DNA of 64,000 bases from Nitrospirota bacterium (GTDB lineage: Bacteria > Nitrospirota > Nitrospiria > Nitrospirales > Nitrospiraceae). This document shows, one piece after another, positions 59,077 to 64,000 of this stretch. The notes under the pieces were generated by a model. The model did not search any database. It saw only the letters and a program-made list of their open reading frames with translations, and was not told where the DNA came from. Each line of letters opens with the position of its first letter. Position 1 is the stretch's first letter. Location of the stretch: assembly GCA_963701855.1 (NCBI GenBank), contig CAVPBK010000006.1:1312001-1376000 (forward strand), given 5' to 3'. The position numbers were made by a program, and so were the translations under genes.

Positions 59077-59559
59077 GTGTCGGTGAAGGAGTCCCGACCG
59101 GTCGTTGATCGCATCAGCGAAGTGGTGTCGCCCATCCTCTGGGCATTGGGCTTAGAATTGGTCGACGTCGTGTGTGTGGGGCAAGGTGCGCGGTCAGTCG
59201 TACGTGTGTATATCGATAAGACAGGCGGCGTCACAGTAGATGATTGTGGGCGTGCACACCTCGGGATCGGTCCAGCCTTGGATGTGGCCGATCCATTCCC
59301 CCATGCCTATACGCTGGAAGTTTCCTCGCCGGGTCTGGATCGGGCCTTCAAACGGATTCAGGATTATCGCCGAGCATTGGGGAAACCAGTGAGCGTGAAG
59401 CTCCGGCAACCGATCGAGGGACAGTGGCGTGTGGTCGGTGTGCTGACGGAAGTAAATGAACAAGGAGTCACGGTTGAGGTGAACGATCAACGTTCCGAGC
59501 AGACGCGTATCCTTAAGTTCGACTCAATCGCTGAAACCCGGCTCGTCATCAGGTTTTAG
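59077..59559 (+). CDS. rimP: Ribosome maturation factor RimP
   Basis: VRVYIDK.GGVTVDDC, YTLEVSSPGLDR; start uncertain. Confidence 0.9.
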   Translation: MSVKESRPVVDRISEVVSPILWALGLELVDVVCVGQGARSVVRVYIDKTGGVTVDDCGRAHLGIGPALDVADPFPHAYTLEVSSPGLDRAFKRIQDYRRALGKPVSVKLRQPIEGQWRVVGVLTEVNEQGVTVEVNDQRSEQTRILKFDSIAETRLVIRF

Positions 59560-59626
59560 GCCGTATCGGAATCGATTAACGGGGTATGAGCATACCGCCA
59601 CAGTGGCAATCGACGGAGAGTGAGCT

Positions 59627-60802
59627 ATGAATCGAGAATTGATTTCAGTCATCGATGAACTTGGCCGGCAAAAGGGCATCGACAAGAGCCGGGTGATCGG
59701 AGCGATCGAAGCCGCCCTTCAAATGGCCGCCAAAAAACGTTTCGGCCAGGCTGAGAACATTCAAGTCGAGATCGATTCCAAAACCGGTGAGATCTCCGTC
59801 GTATCGAAGAAAACCATCGTTGATGCGGTCGCCAATCCCAAAACCGAAGTCTCACTTCATGAAGCTCGCCAGTTCGACAGCGAGGCGGAGGTCGGTGACG
59901 AAATCGGGTCGGTTATCGAGATGAGCGATTTGGGACGGATCGCTGCGCAAACTGCCAAGCAAGTCATCTTTCAGAAGGTTCGGGAGGCCGAATGGGAGGC
60001 GGTTCAAAAAGAATACTCCACGCGGCAAGGAGATCTGGTCAACGGCATTATTCTTGGGGTTGAGCGCCGAAACTATCTGGTGGATCTGGGCAAGACGGAG
60101 GCGGTCCTGCCGATTCAGGAGCAGATTCCGCGAGAGACCTATCGTTGCGGTGATCGGGTGAAGGCCATGCTTTTAGAAGTGCGCCGGACTCCGAAAGATG
60201 TCCAGGTCATCTTGACGCGGAGCCATCCCCAGTTTGTGTCGAAGCTCTTCGAGTTGGAAGTGCCCGAGGTGCTCGAAAAAATCGTGGAAATCAAGTCCAT
60301 CGTGCGGGAACCCGGTGATCGGACCAAGATTGCCGTGACGTCTCGCGAGAAAGCAGTCGATCCGGTCGGAGCCTGTGTGGGAATCAAGGGATCGCGGGTT
60401 CAAGCGGTGGTCCGTGAACTGCGCGGAGAAAAAATCGATATCATTACCTGGACCTCAGACCCGCGTGTCTTTATCGCCGAGGCCTTGAACCCTGCGAGCA
60501 TTGAAAAGGTCGGTGTCGATGAGGAAAAGAAATCCGCTTTGGTCGTTGTGGCAGATTCCCAGCTGTCGTTAGCGATCGGGAAGAATGGCCAGAATGTGCG
60601 GCTGGCGGCTCGCTTGACAGGCTGGAAGATCGATATCATCAGCGCGACTGAATACGAAAAGGAAAAGGCCGAACGGGATAAAGAAATCAAAGCGGCGTTG
60701 GCGGAGGAAACAGAAGCGCTGCATCAGCAAGAAGAAGCCAGAGAGCAGGAATTAAAAGCCCGGGCAGAGTCGGAACCGGATAAGCCGGATACAGAGGAAT
60801 AG
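59627..60802 (+). CDS. nusA: Transcription factor NusA
   Basis: [35 protein letters not shown]. Confidence 0.98.
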   Translation: MNRELISVIDELGRQKGIDKSRVIGAIEAALQMAAKKRFGQAENIQVEIDSKTGEISVVSKKTIVDAVANPKTEVSLHEARQFDSEAEVGDEIGSVIEMSDLGRIAAQTAKQVIFQKVREAEWEAVQKEYSTRQGDLVNGIILGVERRNYLVDLGKTEAVLPIQEQIPRETYRCGDRVKAMLLEVRRTPKDVQVILTRSHPQFVSKLFELEVPEVLEKIVEIKSIVREPGDRTKIAVTSREKAVDPVGACVGIKGSRVQAVVRELRGEKIDIITWTSDPRVFIAEALNPASIEKVGVDEEKKSALVVVADSQLSLAIGKNGQNVRLAARLTGWKIDIISATEYEKEKAERDKEIKAALAEETEALHQQEEAREQELKARAESEPDKPDTEE

Positions 60803-60815
60803 GTGTCGATTTCTC

Positions 60816-63368
60816 ATGCGTGTGTATGTATTGGCTAAGCAACTCGGGATGGAAAACCGTGACCTCATTCCGGAATTGAAGCGGATGGGGATTACCGTCG
60901 CATCGCACAGTAGCGTTTTGGATGACGATGTAGTGCAGAAGGTTCTGGAGAAGCTCGGCCCGAAGCTCAAGGCATCGGGCAGGGATGCCGATGCTGGCCG
61001 GGGTGAACGGAGCAAGGTCGGTCTGACGTCCGATCATGCAGTGGGAGCGAAGGCCGGATCGTCCCATGCAGTTCCGGCGGCCGAGGACTCTCCCAAGTCC
61101 GACAAGCGCCGCATTCTGATCAAGCGCAAGAGAGCCGATGACGCTCCAGTAGAAGAGGCCGCCTCCCTGCCCCCAGTTGAATCGGCAGGCAAAGGTGGAG
61201 TGCTCATCGATACCATCATAGTGAGCCCGACGTCTCCGGCGCATCCGCAAGTTGAGACTCCAGCCGTTGCGCATGTTGACCTGACGGCGACGCCCGATCA
61301 ACCGCATTCCATAGGAGCCACGACTGACCCTGTTCCCATGGCTGCCGTCAAACTTCCTGCTGCACCGAGTGTCGATGTGCCAGGAAAAAAGAAAGCTCCC
61401 TCCATTGAAGAGATGCAAGCCGAGGGTCTGAAAGAGAAGGGAAAGAAAGCTCGTAAGCCGGGCCGTACACGGGAAGAAGAAGAGCTTCGGCTTCGTGAGG
61501 ATGCGGCTCGCTGGCAGGATCTTCGTGCCATTCCGGTGCAGCAGCGCCGTGACGACCGCAGCAAGCACATGCATCACAGTACGCCGGGTGAAGTGACCAA
61601 GCCAAGGAGGAAGAGCTTCAAGCTTGTGCCCGGCATGACGGTGAAGGAGTTTGCGGAGTTGATCGGGCAGCGCCCGGCCGACATCATGCGCAAGCTGATG
61701 GATATGGGCCAGATGCTCACATTCAATCAGACAATGAACGTTGATGCAGCCGTGATCATTGCGGAAGAGAACGGGATCAAGATGGATCTCTCGACGGAGA
61801 AGGTCGGAGAAGAGTTATTAGAATCCGCCGTGCAGACAGAGGAAGATGCCCAGCTTGAGTCACGGCCACCGGTTGTGACGATCATGGGCCATGTTGACCA
61901 CGGCAAGACCTCGCTACTCGATGCCATCAGACAAACCAAGGTTGCGGAAGGCGAGGCCGGAGGGATTACACAGCATATCGGCGCCTACACGGTTGCGGTC
62001 CGTGGGAAGCAGGTGACGTTTCTGGACACGCCGGGACACGAAGCCTTCACCGCCATGCGAGGTCGTGGCGCCAAGATCACCGATATTGTCATCCTGGTCG
62101 TCGCAGCAGACGACGGAGTGATGCCGCAAACGATCGAAGCGATTCATCACGCCAAAGCGGCGTCCGTTCCTATTATTGTGGCCATCAACAAGATCGACAA
62201 GCCCGGCGCCAATTCCGATCGTGTGAAGAACGCGTTGTCTGAGCATGGACTCATATCCGAGTCCTGGGGCGGTGACACGATCATGGTTGAGGTTTCGGCC
62301 AAAGAGAAGATCGGTCTGGACACCTTGCTTGAAATGATTCTTCTGCAATCCGAAGTGCTGGAGCTCAAGGCCGACCCGCATCGGTTGGCGAAGGGCGTTG
62401 TAGTGGAAGCCAAGCTGGAGCGAGGACGTGGCCCAGTAGCGACGGTGCTGGTTCAGAGCGGGACGCTCCGCGTCGGCGATGTGTTCGTCGTCGGGATTTT
62501 CAGCGGGAAAGTTCGCGCGCTGATTACTCATACAGGAGCAAAGGTGCAAGAAGCCGGTCCTTCTATTCCGGTAGAAGTGGCGGGGCTTCCAGGAGTGCCG
62601 TCTGCCGGCGATGTATTTCAGGTCGTCAAAGACGAACGGGTCGCGCGCGAGATTGCTGAAGATCGAGCCCGCAAGCAGCGAACGGCTGATTTGTCCGGGT
62701 CGGCGAAGGTCACGCTGGACGATCTGTTTGCCAAGATCAAGGAAGGATCGGTCAAGGAGCTGGCGCTGGTGATCAAGTCCGATGTTCAGGGGTCGGCTGA
62801 AGCACTGACGGCAGGCGTCGAAAAACTTGCCACCGATGCAGTCAAACTGCGAGTCATCCATAGCGGCGTTGGCGGGATTACTGAATCCGACGTGCTGCTG
62901 GCTGCCGCGTCGAACGCCATTGTTGTCGGGTTCAATGTCAGGCCGGAGCCGAAGGCTGCTGCCCTGGCGGAACAGCAAGGCGTCGACATCCGCCTGTACA
63001 CCATTATTTACGATGCATTGGCTGAAATTAAGGCTGCGATGGAAGGGCTGCTCGAACCGACGCTCAAGGAGCGGACGTTGGGTCGGGCCGAAGTTCGACA
63101 AGTCTTTACGGTGTCCAAAGCCGGCGTCATTGCAGGGTCTTATGTGGTAGACGGTACGATCACCCGTGCGGCAGTCGGAGTACGGGTGATTCGAGACAAT
63201 GTGGTGGTCTATGAAGGGAAGCTGGGGTCGTTGCGTCGCTTCAAAGACGACGTCCGTGAAGTGCAGCAGGGCTATGAATGCGGGATCAGTGTCGAAAATT
63301 TTAACGATATCAAGGCTGGGGACATCATCGAAGCCTACGCGATCGATAAGATTGCCGCTAAGCTCTGA
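60816..63368 (+). CDS. infB: Translation initiation factor IF-2
   Basis: [28 protein letters not shown]. Confidence 0.98.
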   Translation: MRVYVLAKQLGMENRDLIPELKRMGITVASHSSVLDDDVVQKVLEKLGPKLKASGRDADAGRGERSKVGLTSDHAVGAKAGSSHAVPAAEDSPKSDKRRILIKRKRADDAPVEEAASLPPVESAGKGGVLIDTIIVSPTSPAHPQVETPAVAHVDLTATPDQPHSIGATTDPVPMAAVKLPAAPSVDVPGKKKAPSIEEMQAEGLKEKGKKARKPGRTREEEELRLREDAARWQDLRAIPVQQRRDDRSKHMHHSTPGEVTKPRRKSFKLVPGMTVKEFAELIGQRPADIMRKLMDMGQMLTFNQTMNVDAAVIIAEENGIKMDLSTEKVGEELLESAVQTEEDAQLESRPPVVTIMGHVDHGKTSLLDAIRQTKVAEGEAGGITQHIGAYTVAVRGKQVTFLDTPGHEAFTAMRGRGAKITDIVILVVAADDGVMPQTIEAIHHAKAASVPIIVAINKIDKPGANSDRVKNALSEHGLISESWGGDTIMVEVSAKEKIGLDTLLEMILLQSEVLELKADPHRLAKGVVVEAKLERGRGPVATVLVQSGTLRVGDVFVVGIFSGKVRALITHTGAKVQEAGPSIPVEVAGLPGVPSAGDVFQVVKDERVAREIAEDRARKQRTADLSGSAKVTLDDLFAKIKEGSVKELALVIKSDVQGSAEALTAGVEKLATDAVKLRVIHSGVGGITESDVLLAAASNAIVVGFNVRPEPKAAALAEQQGVDIRLYTIIYDALAEIKAAMEGLLEPTLKERTLGRAEVRQVFTVSKAGVIAGSYVVDGTITRAAVGVRVIRDNVVVYEGKLGSLRRFKDDVREVQQGYECGISVENFNDIKAGDIIEAYAIDKIAAKL

Positions 63369-63383
63369 ACGTGAGTTTGTCCT

Positions 63384-63671
63384 GTGGGCATCATCGTCGG
63401 GCTCTGCACAGTCGAGCTGTTCATCCCAGAGAGTCAGTCGTTAAAGGACAAGCGGCAGGTGCTGTTGAGTCTTAAAGATCGACTGCGGGAAAAGTTCAAT
63501 CTCTCCGTAGCCGAGGTCGATGGGCAGGATCTGTGGCAGAAGGCTGTATTGGGGCTTGCCTGCGTGGCTAACGAAGGACGGTTCGTCAATCAAGTGTGCG
63601 ACCAGGCACTGAATTTGATTCGGAGCGTCCCAGCGGTGGAAGTCGTCCAGTCCCGAATAGAACTGTTGTGA
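63384..63671 (+). CDS. DUF503 family protein
   Basis: SLKDKRQV, KFNLSVAEV..QDLWQ; usual position between infB and rbfA. Confidence 0.9.
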   Translation: MGIIVGLCTVELFIPESQSLKDKRQVLLSLKDRLREKFNLSVAEVDGQDLWQKAVLGLACVANEGRFVNQVCDQALNLIRSVPAVEVVQSRIELL

Positions 63672-63698
63672 CGGCGGCATATCTGGATGGAGCGCGCG

Positions 63699-64000
63699 GT
63701 GGCCAAGACAGGATATCATCGGGCCGATCGTGTGGCCGATCAAATCCGTATGGAAGTGGCGGATATCCTCATGCGGAAGATCAAAGACCCGCGTGTGCAG
63801 TCTGTGACTGTGACCGACGTGAAATTGACCAGCGATCTGCGGATTGCACGCGTGTTCGTGACGGCTATGGGTACGGAAGAAGAAGAGCGACACGTATTCG
63901 CCGGGCTGGCTCAAGCCAGCGGGTTTGTGCGAGGTGAGTTGGGCCGTCGGCTCTCACTCCGGTATCTACCCGAGATCGTTTTTGCCAAGGATGTCAGTGG
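63699..64000 (+). CDS. rbfA: Ribosome-binding factor A (partial, runs off the window)
   Basis: GTG start after GGAG; YHRADRVADQIR...KDPRV..VTVTDV.LTSDL..ARVFV...LRYLPE. Confidence 0.95.
   Translation, partial: MAKTGYHRADRVADQIRMEVADILMRKIKDPRVQSVTVTDVKLTSDLRIARVFVTAMGTEEEERHVFAGLAQASGFVRGELGRRLSLRYLPEIVFAKDVS

Overview
A chromosomal window, inferred from gene content and repeat style to be Nitrospira-like. No rRNA, tRNA, CRISPR array or intact transposase was seen. 1-10.5 kb is an accessory cell-envelope locus: DUF3332-like 3' end, FlgO/CsgG-like lipoprotein, two DUF3015 genes plus a remnant, two DUF4105 (Cys/His domain + C-terminal barrel) paralogues, a PEGA/DUF3015 chimera, a TRL-like lipoprotein, an outer-membrane barrel and an alpha/beta hydrolase. 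11-13.8 kb holds a GC-rich hopanoid C-2 methylase (hpnP) next to mlaA. The rest is mostly housekeeping (kbl-tdh, hemD, Kef-type antiporter, dsrE-tusA, ftcD-rpsU-nth, polA, ugd, dat, rimP-nusA-infB-DUF503-rbfA), with a cluster of five HEAT-repeat genes and a nitrosocyanin-like cupredoxin. The intergenic DNA is dense in modular, nested palindromic repeats. Several repeats begin at the stop codon of the upstream gene, one sits in-frame inside a signal peptide, and 7-mer inverted arrays either enclose a four-helix-bundle gene or are empty. All family assignments come from motif recognition without database searches.
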